DNA of 58,274 nucleotides from Candidatus Enterousia sp. (GTDB taxonomy: Bacteria > Pseudomonadota > Alphaproteobacteria > Rs-D84). This document shows positions 34,356 through 44,215 of this stretch, one piece after another. The position numbers and the translations under genes were made by a program. Every line of letters begins with the position of its first letter. Position 1 is the first letter of the stretch. The notes under the pieces are model-generated. The model searched no databases. It had not been told where the DNA came from and saw nothing but the letters and a program-made list of their open reading frames with translations. The stretch is taken from assembly GCA_045645725.1 (NCBI GenBank), contig JAZRJG010000014.1, positions 1 to 58,274 on the forward strand, read 5' to 3'.

Positions 34356-36968
34356 ATGATTAAAAAAATGATTGGTAAATTGCTGGGCTCTGCAAACGAC
34401 AGATTGGTAAAGGCATATGATAAAAACGTTTCTGTAATTAATGATTTAGAACCGAAATATCATGCAATGACAGATGAAGAATTGCGGTCTCAGACCAATG
34501 TTTTGCGTGCGCGTTTGGCGGCGGGTGAAAAAGAAAAAGATATTTTGCCAGATGCATTTGCATTGGTGCGTGAAGCGTCTGTGCGTACGATTGGGTTGCG
34601 TCACTTTAATGTTCAGATGATTGGCGGTATGGTTTTGACCAATGGACAAATAGCAGAAATGAAAACCGGTGAAGGTAAAACATTGGTTGCGACGTTGGCA
34701 ATGTATTTAAAGGCCTTGCATGGCAAAGGTGCACATTTGATTACGGTCAATGACTACTTGGCATCACGTGACGCATCCTGGATGGGTGAGATTTATAGAT
34801 TTTTGGGTATGACCGTCGGTATCATTCAACATGATATGACCGATGAAGAAAGACGTGCGGCATATGCATGTGATATTACATATGTTACAAATTCTGAATT
34901 GGGATTTGATTATTTGCGTGATAATATGAAGTTTTCCAAAGCTCAACAGGTTTTACGTCCGTTTTTCTATGCAATTGTTGACGAAGTAGACAGTATTTTA
35001 ATTGACGAAGCGCGTACGCCATTGATTATTTCTGGGCCGGCCGAAGATACCAGTGAATTGTACAACAAAGTTGATGCGGTTGTGGCCCAATTTGGCGAAG
35101 GTGATTTCAAAAAAGATGAAAAAGATCGTCATGTAACTTTGACCGAAGCCGGCGCCGATACCGCCACGCGTTTGTTAAAAGAAGCGGGTTTGTTAATTGG
35201 TGAAAATTTATATGCATCGGAAAATGCGCCGTTGGTTATGCATATTCAACAATCTTTGTTGGCGCACCATTTGTATCAGAAAAATGTGAATTATGTTGTG
35301 CGTAATGGTGAAATTCTGATTGTTGATGAATTTACAGGTCGTGTTATGAGTGGACGACGCTTTGGTAAAGGTTTGCACCAAGCGATTGAAGCCAAAGAAC
35401 ACGTTCAGGTCCAGCCAGAAAATCAGACAGTGTCCAGTATTTCATATCAAAATCTGTTCAGATTGTATCCCGTTTTGTCTGGTATGACGGGTACCGCGAT
35501 GACCGAAGCCGCAGAATTTGAAGAAATTTATAAATTGCGTGTGGTTTCTATCCCAACAAATCGTCCGGTTGCGCGTGTTGATCATCATGACGAAATTTAT
35601 CGCAATAAAGAAGAAAAATATGAAGCGATTTTGAAACAGATTTCCGATTGTATTGCGCGTAAACAGCCGGTTTTGGTTGGTACGGTTTCTATTGAAAAAT
35701 CCGAAGAATTGGCCGCGATTGTGCGTGCCAAATTGGGAATTAATCCTGCGGTGTTGAACGCAAAACATCACGAATCCGAAGCGAAAATCGTGGCCCAAGC
35801 CGGTGCGCCGGGGGCGGCTACGATTGCAACGAATATGGCGGGTCGTGGTACCGATATTAAATTGGGTGGTAATGCCGAAGAATTGATTGCCACTTTGGAT
35901 GTAAATGACCCAGAATTTGAATCAAAAAAGCAGGAAATTTATGCCACGATAGAGGCAAATAAAAAATTGGTTCTGGACGTTGGTGGTTTGTATGTTATTG
36001 GTACAGAACGTCATGAATCGCGTCGTATTGATAACCAATTGCGTGGTCGTTCGGGCCGTCAAGGTGATCCGGGTGATTCTAAATTCTTTTTGGCGTTGGA
36101 TGACGATTTGATGCGTATTTTTGGTGCTGCGCGTTTACAGGGGATGTTGACTACTTTGGGGTTGAAAACCGGTGAAGCAATTACGCACCCATGGATTACA
36201 AAGGCATTGGAGAAAGCGCAAAAACGCGTAGAAGCACGCTATTTTGAAGCACGTAAAGAATTGTTGAAATATGATGACGTCGCCAATGAACAACGTTGCG
36301 TGATTTATAAGCAACGCGATGATTTGATGGTGTCGGAAGATTTGGCGCCTTTGGCCAAAGAAATGATTGGGGATGTTGTTGAATTGGTTTGTGAAAACAA
36401 TATGCCCGAAAAAGCAATGCCCGCCGATTGGAATATTGCCGGAATTCGTAATGCTATGTTGCGTCTGTTTGCGTTGGATATTACGGATATTGAAAAATGG
36501 AAAACAGATGAACAGATTACAGAACGTAAAGCGTACGAGATTTTGGTTAATTTGGCGACACGTCGTTATGAACAACAGTACGCCAAATACGGTCCGGAAT
36601 TAATGCAAATGGCGTCGCGTCAGATGATGTTGGGTGCATTGGATGCGGTTTGGAAAAAACATCTGCAACAGATGGATTATCTGCAAAGCGCGATTGGTTT
36701 GCGTGGATATGCGCAAAAGAATCCTTTGTACGAATATAAACGTGAAGCGTTGGATTTGTTTAAGAATACGGTTAATAACTTTAAGATTTTGTCTATATCG
36801 TATATCTGCCGTATGGAATTAACGCGTGAAGATGTGGCCGCGACCGAAGCCGAACGCGCAAAGCATGATGCGGGATTAAATGCTGCGACATCGGATTCAC
36901 GTCGTAATGCGCCATGTCCGTGTGGTTCGGGACAAAAATATAAGCATTGCTGTGGCAAACTGCACTAA
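34356..36968 (+). CDS. secA: preprotein translocase ATPase SecA
   Basis: 870 aa. MKTGEGKTLVATL Walker A, DEVDSILIDEARTPLIISG, TNMAGRGTDIKLGG, C-terminal zinc site CPCGSGQKYKHCCG. Confidence 0.97.
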   Translation: MIKKMIGKLLGSANDRLVKAYDKNVSVINDLEPKYHAMTDEELRSQTNVLRARLAAGEKEKDILPDAFALVREASVRTIGLRHFNVQMIGGMVLTNGQIAEMKTGEGKTLVATLAMYLKALHGKGAHLITVNDYLASRDASWMGEIYRFLGMTVGIIQHDMTDEERRAAYACDITYVTNSELGFDYLRDNMKFSKAQQVLRPFFYAIVDEVDSILIDEARTPLIISGPAEDTSELYNKVDAVVAQFGEGDFKKDEKDRHVTLTEAGADTATRLLKEAGLLIGENLYASENAPLVMHIQQSLLAHHLYQKNVNYVVRNGEILIVDEFTGRVMSGRRFGKGLHQAIEAKEHVQVQPENQTVSSISYQNLFRLYPVLSGMTGTAMTEAAEFEEIYKLRVVSIPTNRPVARVDHHDEIYRNKEEKYEAILKQISDCIARKQPVLVGTVSIEKSEELAAIVRAKLGINPAVLNAKHHESEAKIVAQAGAPGAATIATNMAGRGTDIKLGGNAEELIATLDVNDPEFESKKQEIYATIEANKKLVLDVGGLYVIGTERHESRRIDNQLRGRSGRQGDPGDSKFFLALDDDLMRIFGAARLQGMLTTLGLKTGEAITHPWITKALEKAQKRVEARYFEARKELLKYDDVANEQRCVIYKQRDDLMVSEDLAPLAKEMIGDVVELVCENNMPEKAMPADWNIAGIRNAMLRLFALDITDIEKWKTDEQITERKAYEILVNLATRRYEQQYAKYGPELMQMASRQMMLGALDAVWKKHLQQMDYLQSAIGLRGYAQKNPLYEYKREALDLFKNTVNNFKILSISYICRMELTREDVAATEAERAKHDAGLNAATSDSRRNAPCPCGSGQKYKHCCGKLH

Positions 36969-36971
36969 ATA

Positions 36972-36997
36972 AAACGGGGTTATAACCCCGTTTTTTA
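36972..36997 (+). terminator. rho-independent terminator after secA
   Basis: AACGGGGTTATAACCCCGTT palindrome followed by T6. Confidence 0.8.
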
Positions 36998-37069
36998 TTA
37001 CAGGAATTTTTGCGTTTTTTATAAATTATGTGGTTGCTCTGATGTTCTTTTTTTTGCTATGGTGCGGAC

Positions 37070-40000
37070 ATGGACAGCAAGTTTATACATCTTCGTGTGC
37101 ATTCCCGTTTTTCGGTTGGTGCCAGTACTTTGACAATCAAGCAGATTCCAAAGTTGTGCGCAGCGGCGGAAATGTTTGGGTGTGCGTTAACAGACACTAA
37201 TTTAATGTCGGGTTGTGCCGAATTTTCGGACGTTATGCCGTCGAATAAACTGCAGCCAATTATTGGTGTTGAACTGACGTTGAATCAGCATGCGGTTGAC
37301 CCAAAGATGTTGCGTTCACATGCGTTGTCTAAAATTGTATTGTTGGCGCAAAATCATACGGGATATCTGAATTTGTGTGAATTGAACCGTGTGATGTATA
37401 TGCGTCCGGATAACCATCATTTGGGGCCATATGTGACCTTTGATGAATTGGCCGAACGGTGTGCGGGGTTGATATGTTTGTCGGGCGCACATTTGGGGCC
37501 GGTTGGTATGGCGTTGTTAGAGAATCAGGAAGAAACGGCGCGTGGATATGTGCGTCGCCTGTTGGATTTGTTTGGTGACAGATTTTATATGGAAATTCAA
37601 CGACATGGTTTGGAAAGTGAAATTAAGACAGAAGTTGGATTTTTGCAGATTGCGCGTGATTTGAACGTTCCGATTGTTGCCACGAACGATGTGTGCTTTG
37701 CGGCAGATACGGATTATGAAGCCGCAGATGCATTGGGGTGCGTGTTGGGGCAGACCAAAGTTATTGATCCGGAACGCCCCAGAAAGTCATCAGAGCAGTA
37801 TTTTAAGTCGTATGAGCAGATGGCGGAAATATTTTCGGACTTGCCCGAAGCGATTGAAAATACTGTCGTTATTGCGCAACGTTGTGGTTTTATGGTAAAC
37901 GTGCATGAAAAGCCATTGCTGCCACGCTTTGGTGATGATTTAGAGACCGAATGTCAAATGTTGCGTGACGATACGATGAACGGTTTGCGTCGCAGAATTG
38001 AACAACATGGAATCACGGATACGGCACCGTACTATGAGCAAGCCGAATTTGAATTAGGCGTTATTATTGGTATGGGGTTCCCGGGGTATTTCTTAATTGT
38101 TGCGGATTATATTGATTGGTGTAGAAAAAATGACGTTTTGACGGGGCCTGGGCGCGGGTCGGGTGCGGGATCTATTGTGGCGTGGGCGTTGGGTATTACC
38201 AATGTTGATCCGTTAAAGTATGGGCTGCTGTTTGAACGTTTCTTGAATCCGGATCGTATTTCTATGCCGGACTTTGACGTGGACTTTGAACCGACGGGTA
38301 TTGAACGCGTGTTGGCGTATGTGTGTGAAAAGTATGGTCATGATTCCGTATGTCGTATTATTACGTTTGGTTCATTACAGGCACGTGGCGCAATTCGTGA
38401 TATTGGGCGTGTGTATGGTATGCCCTACTCTAAATCCGACCGTTTGTCTAAATTAATTCCACAGGACGCAAAAACTTTGAAAGATGCGGTGGGTATGTCG
38501 GGTGAAATTCAAGATATTTTGAATAATGACCAAGATTTGAATAAAGTTGTTACTGTGGCCGAAGATTTAGAAGGATCTTTACGTAACTTGGGGCAGCATG
38601 CGTGTGGCGTTGTTATTGGTGACCGCCCCACAACTAAAATTGCGCCGGTTTATCGTGACCCGGCCAACCCGTTGCCGTCGTGTCAGTTTGACGGAAAGTA
38701 TTTGGAAAAATCCGGTCTTATTAAATTTGACTTTTTGGGGTTGGAAACTTTGGTGGTGTTAAAGTATGCGACGCGTTTAATTCAACAGACGCGTGGTGTA
38801 AATATTGATTTGGATCAAATACCAACAGATGACCCAAAAACAATGCGTTTGTGGCAACAGGGATTAACCGAAGGTATATTCCAATTCGATGCGCCGTTCG
38901 TTCAACAGACGTTGCGTAAAATGCATCCGACCAGTTTCTTGGAAATTTCGGCTTTGAATGCTTTGAACCGTCCGGGGCCAATCGCATTTATCCCCCAGTT
39001 TATTGCACGTATGCACGGCGAAGAAGAAATTGAATATGTACATCCACGCGCGGAACCTATATTAAAAGAAACATATGGTATTATCGTTTACCAAGAACAG
39101 GTTATGCAGTTGACGCGTGTGTTGGCCGGATTTACCCGTGGGCAATCGGACAACGTGCGTAAGGCAATGGGTAAGAAAATTATTGCCATGTTGGATGAAT
39201 TAGAAGGTAAATTCTATGAGGGGTGTGAAAAAGAAGGAACATTAGATCGTCAGACCGCCAAAGATTTGTGGGAAAAGTTTAAGGATTTTGCAAAGTATGC
39301 GTTTAATAAGTCACATGCGATTGCGTATTCGATTGTGGCAAACCAATGCGCGTATTTAAAGGCAAACTATACGCCGGAATTTTTAGCCGCATCGATGTCC
39401 AGTAATTTGAACGATACGGATCAATTGGCGATATTTGTCGATGATGCAAAAAGTAACTTTGGTATTCAAATAGTCGCGCCCGATATTAATCAAAGTGAAT
39501 CTTTGTTTGCGGTACGTGATGGTAAAATTATATACGGTTTGGCGGCGTTAAAAGGTGTGGGAACCCAAGCAACCGATGCGATTGTGGCGGAACGTAATGC
39601 AAATGGAAAGTTTAAGAATTTGACCGACTTTGCGAAACGATGTGCGCCGATTATGAATAAACGTATATTAGAAGCATTTGCCAAGACAGGCGTTTTGGAT
39701 TCATTAGAGCCAAATCGTGCGGCAATTTATATGAATGCCGATGCGATATTGTCATATGCGTCTAAATCGCGTGGTGGCGCGAATATGTTGTCGTTGTTCG
39801 AAAATACCGTTGAAGATGATGTGGCGGATGATCGTTTGTGTAAAAATTTGCCTAAAACGGCGCCTTGGACGTTTGGTCAGAAGTTGGAAAATGAATTATC
39901 TGCGCTGGGGTTCTATATTTCTGCGCATCCGTTGGACCAGTATAAGCACTTGATTGAACGGTCTAATTTGGCAACCAGTGCAACATTAGAATCGTTGGGT

Positions 40001-40480
40001 GACAGAAAGTCCGTACAAATTGCGGCAAATGTGAATTCTTTTGGGCGTCGTCGCACCAAGACAGGTAAAGAAATGATTACTATTAACGCGTCGGACAGTT
40101 TTGGCAATATTGATGCGGTTGCATTTGGGGATGCGGCAATTGAATTTTCCCAGATTTTGTCGGGCGAAAGCGTGGTTTTAATATCGGGCAAAACGTCAAA
40201 TCGTGATGACAGAGTTTCGATTTTTGTTGATTCTATTGTGCCTTTGACCCAATGGGTGGCAAAAATCGCCAAAAAGGTGACAATGGATATCCGTGACCAA
40301 GCGGTTTTACAGGATGTAAAAAAAGCATTAATTGCGTTGCCACGTGGATATACGCGTGTTGAATTGGTTTTGCATGGTGCGGAAAAGACGGCGACTGTGG
40401 CTTTGCCCGGTGGGGTTGAATTGGGCGCTACAACGGTTGCGGACTTGACGGCATTGGGCATTCGTGTGGAGATTGAATAA
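37070..40480 (+). CDS. dnaE: DNA polymerase III alpha subunit
   Basis: 1136 aa. N-terminal PHP domain (HLRVHS...), palm motif MPDFDVDF, HhH and OB regions, NKSHAIAYS. Confidence 0.97.
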   Translation: MDSKFIHLRVHSRFSVGASTLTIKQIPKLCAAAEMFGCALTDTNLMSGCAEFSDVMPSNKLQPIIGVELTLNQHAVDPKMLRSHALSKIVLLAQNHTGYLNLCELNRVMYMRPDNHHLGPYVTFDELAERCAGLICLSGAHLGPVGMALLENQEETARGYVRRLLDLFGDRFYMEIQRHGLESEIKTEVGFLQIARDLNVPIVATNDVCFAADTDYEAADALGCVLGQTKVIDPERPRKSSEQYFKSYEQMAEIFSDLPEAIENTVVIAQRCGFMVNVHEKPLLPRFGDDLETECQMLRDDTMNGLRRRIEQHGITDTAPYYEQAEFELGVIIGMGFPGYFLIVADYIDWCRKNDVLTGPGRGSGAGSIVAWALGITNVDPLKYGLLFERFLNPDRISMPDFDVDFEPTGIERVLAYVCEKYGHDSVCRIITFGSLQARGAIRDIGRVYGMPYSKSDRLSKLIPQDAKTLKDAVGMSGEIQDILNNDQDLNKVVTVAEDLEGSLRNLGQHACGVVIGDRPTTKIAPVYRDPANPLPSCQFDGKYLEKSGLIKFDFLGLETLVVLKYATRLIQQTRGVNIDLDQIPTDDPKTMRLWQQGLTEGIFQFDAPFVQQTLRKMHPTSFLEISALNALNRPGPIAFIPQFIARMHGEEEIEYVHPRAEPILKETYGIIVYQEQVMQLTRVLAGFTRGQSDNVRKAMGKKIIAMLDELEGKFYEGCEKEGTLDRQTAKDLWEKFKDFAKYAFNKSHAIAYSIVANQCAYLKANYTPEFLAASMSSNLNDTDQLAIFVDDAKSNFGIQIVAPDINQSESLFAVRDGKIIYGLAALKGVGTQATDAIVAERNANGKFKNLTDFAKRCAPIMNKRILEAFAKTGVLDSLEPNRAAIYMNADAILSYASKSRGGANMLSLFENTVEDDVADDRLCKNLPKTAPWTFGQKLENELSALGFYISAHPLDQYKHLIERSNLATSATLESLGDRKSVQIAANVNSFGRRRTKTGKEMITINASDSFGNIDAVAFGDAAIEFSQILSGESVVLISGKTSNRDDRVSIFVDSIVPLTQWVAKIAKKVTMDIRDQAVLQDVKKALIALPRGYTRVELVLHGAEKTATVALPGGVELGATTVADLTALGIRVEIE

Positions 40481-40481
40481 A

Positions 40482-41345
40482 ATGACGGCAAAGCATATTC
40501 CGGTTTTATTAGATGCGGTTTTGGATGCGTTGGGCGATATTTCCGGTCAGACGGTGGTTGACTGTACATTTGGTGCGGGTGGATATTCGCGTGCATTTTT
40601 GGCACGTGGCGCAAAGGTTATTGCGTTTGATCGTGATCCGAACGTTGTGGCTGATGCGATGGATATGGTTGCGGAATATGGTGACCGATTTACGTTTATT
40701 CCCCGCCCTTTTTCGTCTTTGGATGAATTGGATGGCACGGTTGATGCGATTGTATTTGATTTGGGGATTTCGTCGATGCAGATTGATGTTCCCGAACGTG
40801 GTTTTTCTTTTCGGGCCGACGCGCCATTGGATATGCGTATGTCGGCCGATGGTATGACGGCGGCAGAATTGATTGAAAGTTCAGATGTGACCAAGTTGGC
40901 GCGGATTTTGGCTGATTATGGCGATGTAAAAAAGGCAGTGCCTGTGGCACGGGCGATTAAACAAGCGGTGCCCAAAACAACATTTGAATTGCGTGACCTT
41001 ATATACAATCCAAAAGATATTGCGCCGGTTTTTCAGGCATTGCGTATCGCGGTAAATGACGAAATGGGTGAATTGGAACGGGCTTTGGCGGCGGTGCCGG
41101 CGCATTTGTCGTGCGGCGGGCGATGTGTGTGTGTGACGTTCCATTCGTTAGAGGACAGGATTGTTAAAAATACTTTCCGCGGGTGGACGACGTCATTGGG
41201 GGATCCGCGTATGCCGGTTGTATCGGCGGCGCCTTTTGCGGCAATTCGTGCGGTAAAGCCATCGGATGCGGAATTGGTGGCCAATCCACGTGCGCGGTCG
41301 TCGCATATGCGTGCGGTGGTAAAATTGTGCCCGGGGGATGAATAA
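40482..41345 (+). CDS. rsmH: 16S rRNA (cytosine1402-N4)-methyltransferase
   Basis: Start at MTAKHIPVLL. DCTFGAGGYS SAM motif, GISSMQID, FHSLEDRIVK. Confidence 0.92.
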   Translation: MTAKHIPVLLDAVLDALGDISGQTVVDCTFGAGGYSRAFLARGAKVIAFDRDPNVVADAMDMVAEYGDRFTFIPRPFSSLDELDGTVDAIVFDLGISSMQIDVPERGFSFRADAPLDMRMSADGMTAAELIESSDVTKLARILADYGDVKKAVPVARAIKQAVPKTTFELRDLIYNPKDIAPVFQALRIAVNDEMGELERALAAVPAHLSCGGRCVCVTFHSLEDRIVKNTFRGWTTSLGDPRMPVVSAAPFAAIRAVKPSDAELVANPRARSSHMRAVVKLCPGDE

Positions 41346-41752
41346 TGCATAAAAATAACGATGTAAAACACTTAACAGAACGTGCAGATGCGGCGAAAAA
41401 GGTCAATCCGTTGGATTTGTCGTCTGACCAAGATTTGACAATTGCTGTTATGAATTTGATTGCCATAGAAGATATGGTGTGTGGTGATGTTGCGGATGCT
41501 GTCGGTGAAATGCGTGCGGCGTTGTTGGGGCGGATTGTGCCTGTGGAAAAAAATATGAATTTGTCGGTTGGATTGTTGGGTACTGCGATGCGGTTGATTG
41601 AATCCGGTAATCGGGCGGCGGATTTGGGTGATATGGAAACGGCATATCGGGTGTATGACGAAGCGTATTCGGCATATTCGTTGTTTTGGGGATTGAATAT
41701 GGGTTTTGTATCGGCGGACGATATAAAAATATCAGAATATGGTGTAAACTAA
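41345..41752 (+). CDS. hypothetical protein (135 aa, no TM)
   Basis: The start overlaps the rsmH stop (TAATG). No motif recognised. Not FtsL-like, because it has no TM segment. Confidence 0.5.
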   Translation: MHKNNDVKHLTERADAAKKVNPLDLSSDQDLTIAVMNLIAIEDMVCGDVADAVGEMRAALLGRIVPVEKNMNLSVGLLGTAMRLIESGNRAADLGDMETAYRVYDEAYSAYSLFWGLNMGFVSADDIKISEYGVN

Positions 41753-41776
41753 ACTGTTGACCAAGGGTGTGAAAAA

Positions 41777-44203
41777 ATGGTAAAATGCGAAAAAGAGAGA
41801 AGCAAATTGAAACATTCTTTATATTGTTTAAGCAGTTTTTGTGCATTGATGTTGGCGGCGTTTGGTGCGGCGGTTGCTGAACCTGCGCCAAATCCACGCA
41901 GTGCGACCATGGCGGCAATGGGCGCGCGTGCAGATGGCAAATCAATTAATCGTTCGGATTCCGATACGTCGCGTAATACCGCACGTCGTGCGTCGCGCAG
42001 TGCAACCGTTAATGCAAAGCCGGTGACGGAACGTACGCATGTGCGTTCTGCGGCACCAATGGTTGATCGTCGTGAATCGACGGTGGTTCGTGCGGCATCG
42101 ACGGGTGTGGCACGTTCGGCAACGGTGGCGCGTGGTGGCAATACGGCGCGTTCTGCGGCGCCGGTGGCATCGGGTATGGCCCGTGCGGCATCAACGGCAC
42201 GTGCAACGGCGGTCTTTAATGATATTTCCAAAATTGGTGGCGGTTATGGTGCATGTCGCGATTCGTATGCCACGTGTATGGATCAATTTTGTGCGAACGC
42301 CAATGATACATATCGTCGCTGTTTTTGCAGTGCCAGATTTACCGAATTTCGTGATACAGAATATGCGTTGGATGAAGCACGTCAGTTGTTACAACAATTT
42401 GAAGATAACAGTTTGAATGCCGTTGATAAAACCGCGGCCGAGGTTAACGCAATGTACAGCGCAACCGTTGGTGAAGCGGCAATAAAAAAAGATACCAGTT
42501 TGGCGCAAAAAACATTGAATGAAATTGGTGATTTGCTGTCGGGTAAAAAGAAAGCAAGTACAATTCAGGCGCCAACAACGTCTTTGGGGACTTTGTCTTT
42601 GGATTTTTCGTCCAGTATGGATGATATTTGGGGCGGTGGTTCGGCATTTGATTCTGTCTTTGAACGCAGCAGCAGTGTGGATATGAGTGCATTAGAAGGT
42701 GCGAATCTGTACAATGCGGCGAACAAGCAATGTATGCAGGTTATCAAAGGTTCATGCGAAAATGATGCGGTTTTGAATATGGCGTCCAGTGCGTATGGCA
42801 TTATGGTATCCCAAGATTGTAATGCATATGAACGTGCGTTGGACAGAAAACGTGAAGAAGTTTTGGCGGTTGTTCGTACGGCGGAAAAGGCCCTGCGTCA
42901 AGCGCGCTTGGAAGAATATCGTGCGCATAATTCGGCCGACGTAAATGAATGTTTGTCGCGTGTGCGTGAAGCGATGTTGACCGATACCGCATGTGGTGAT
43001 AATTATTACAGATGTTTGGATTATACGGGTAAATATATCAACCTGTCCACGGGTGAACCGATTTATACACCGGAGTTGTTCCAGTTGACAGAATTGGTCA
43101 CGTTGGATGATGGCTATGTTGGTCGTGATAATGCGGTGGCACCGACCGGTGGATTTGATAAATTCTTGGACGAACGTCGTATTTATGCCGAATCGGCATT
43201 GGATTCGTGTCGTGATATTGCGGATACGGTTTGGTTTGAATTTAAACGTGCTGCAAAAATTGAAATTGAACAGGCACAAAATGAAAAGATAGAAGAAATC
43301 AAAACGTCGTGTATGGATACGGTGCGTGAATGCTATGACACGCAATCGAATCATTTGAAATCTTTTGATGATACTACGGCCCAGATGTCGGGTGGTTTGG
43401 CGGCGTATGCAGCACAGCAAATGTGTGTGGATAAATTGATGTCGTGTGCGTCTTTGTATGGTAATGGTAAATGTAATGCAACCGTGTCAAATGGTCGTGT
43501 TACGTTTGATACGACGTCCAAAGATTGTGGTATGACCGCATTGTTGGAATATGCAAATACGGTGGACAGTGTTCGTATCGCCGAAGGTTGCGTCGAAGCA
43601 ATTTCAAAATACATAACCGATACATGTACCCCAACGGGTGATGGTGATTATCCAATGAATTGTCGTACTTTGTCAAAAACGGATTTTGAAAAATCAATTA
43701 TGACACGTGTATCGTTGTATTGCCGTGAACCGGATGGCAGCAAGATTGCAGAAGACAAAACGTCTATTTCGGAGATAGGCGATGCGGTGATGCGTGATAA
43801 TATTCAAAAAATGTTCGATAATGCGGTTGCGGAAATCAGTTCGGCATTGATGGAAAAATGTGCGGAAAACAACGGTCTGTGGTATGAAACGGGTGATGAT
43901 GGCTCTTTGGCTGCGGATGTTATGGCAATGAATAAAGAATCTGTGTATTATTCAACTGTGTTTGGTCGTTCGGATGATACGGCGGAACGTTATGGTCGCT
44001 GTGCGGCAAACGATGAACGCAATGCGTGTTTGGCCATGAATGATATGGGTGATGGCATTGAATATACTTCGTTTGATACATCGCGTAATGTTTGTGTCTT
44101 CAATGATGCGTGGTATGAATATACGTGTGCAAATGTATTAAATGGCGAATGGTCGGATAATACTTGCTATTGGGATTCCCGTAATAAATCGGAAAATGAA
44201 TAA
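41777..44203 (+). CDS. secreted cysteine-rich protein, CMDQFC-family paralog 2 (808 aa)
   Basis: Signal-like LYCLSSFCALMLAAFGAAVA, then degenerate (V/A)R(S/A)A(S/T) repeats. The core YATCMDQFC...YRRCFCS...QDCN...CGDNYYRCLDYTGKYINLSTGEPI is collinear with the 22134-24482 product. Confidence 0.8.
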   Translation: MVKCEKERSKLKHSLYCLSSFCALMLAAFGAAVAEPAPNPRSATMAAMGARADGKSINRSDSDTSRNTARRASRSATVNAKPVTERTHVRSAAPMVDRRESTVVRAASTGVARSATVARGGNTARSAAPVASGMARAASTARATAVFNDISKIGGGYGACRDSYATCMDQFCANANDTYRRCFCSARFTEFRDTEYALDEARQLLQQFEDNSLNAVDKTAAEVNAMYSATVGEAAIKKDTSLAQKTLNEIGDLLSGKKKASTIQAPTTSLGTLSLDFSSSMDDIWGGGSAFDSVFERSSSVDMSALEGANLYNAANKQCMQVIKGSCENDAVLNMASSAYGIMVSQDCNAYERALDRKREEVLAVVRTAEKALRQARLEEYRAHNSADVNECLSRVREAMLTDTACGDNYYRCLDYTGKYINLSTGEPIYTPELFQLTELVTLDDGYVGRDNAVAPTGGFDKFLDERRIYAESALDSCRDIADTVWFEFKRAAKIEIEQAQNEKIEEIKTSCMDTVRECYDTQSNHLKSFDDTTAQMSGGLAAYAAQQMCVDKLMSCASLYGNGKCNATVSNGRVTFDTTSKDCGMTALLEYANTVDSVRIAEGCVEAISKYITDTCTPTGDGDYPMNCRTLSKTDFEKSIMTRVSLYCREPDGSKIAEDKTSISEIGDAVMRDNIQKMFDNAVAEISSALMEKCAENNGLWYETGDDGSLAADVMAMNKESVYYSTVFGRSDDTAERYGRCAANDERNACLAMNDMGDGIEYTSFDTSRNVCVFNDAWYEYTCANVLNGEWSDNTCYWDSRNKSENE

Positions 44204-44215
44204 AGGTGGTGACGT

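Noticed and set aside
41749-42231. 160-aa minus-strand ORF rich in Ala/Arg
   Set aside because: It is the mirror image of the GC-rich (V/A)R(S/A)A repeat region at the N terminus of CMDQFC paralog 2. That plus-strand gene has a signal peptide and a homologous paralog.
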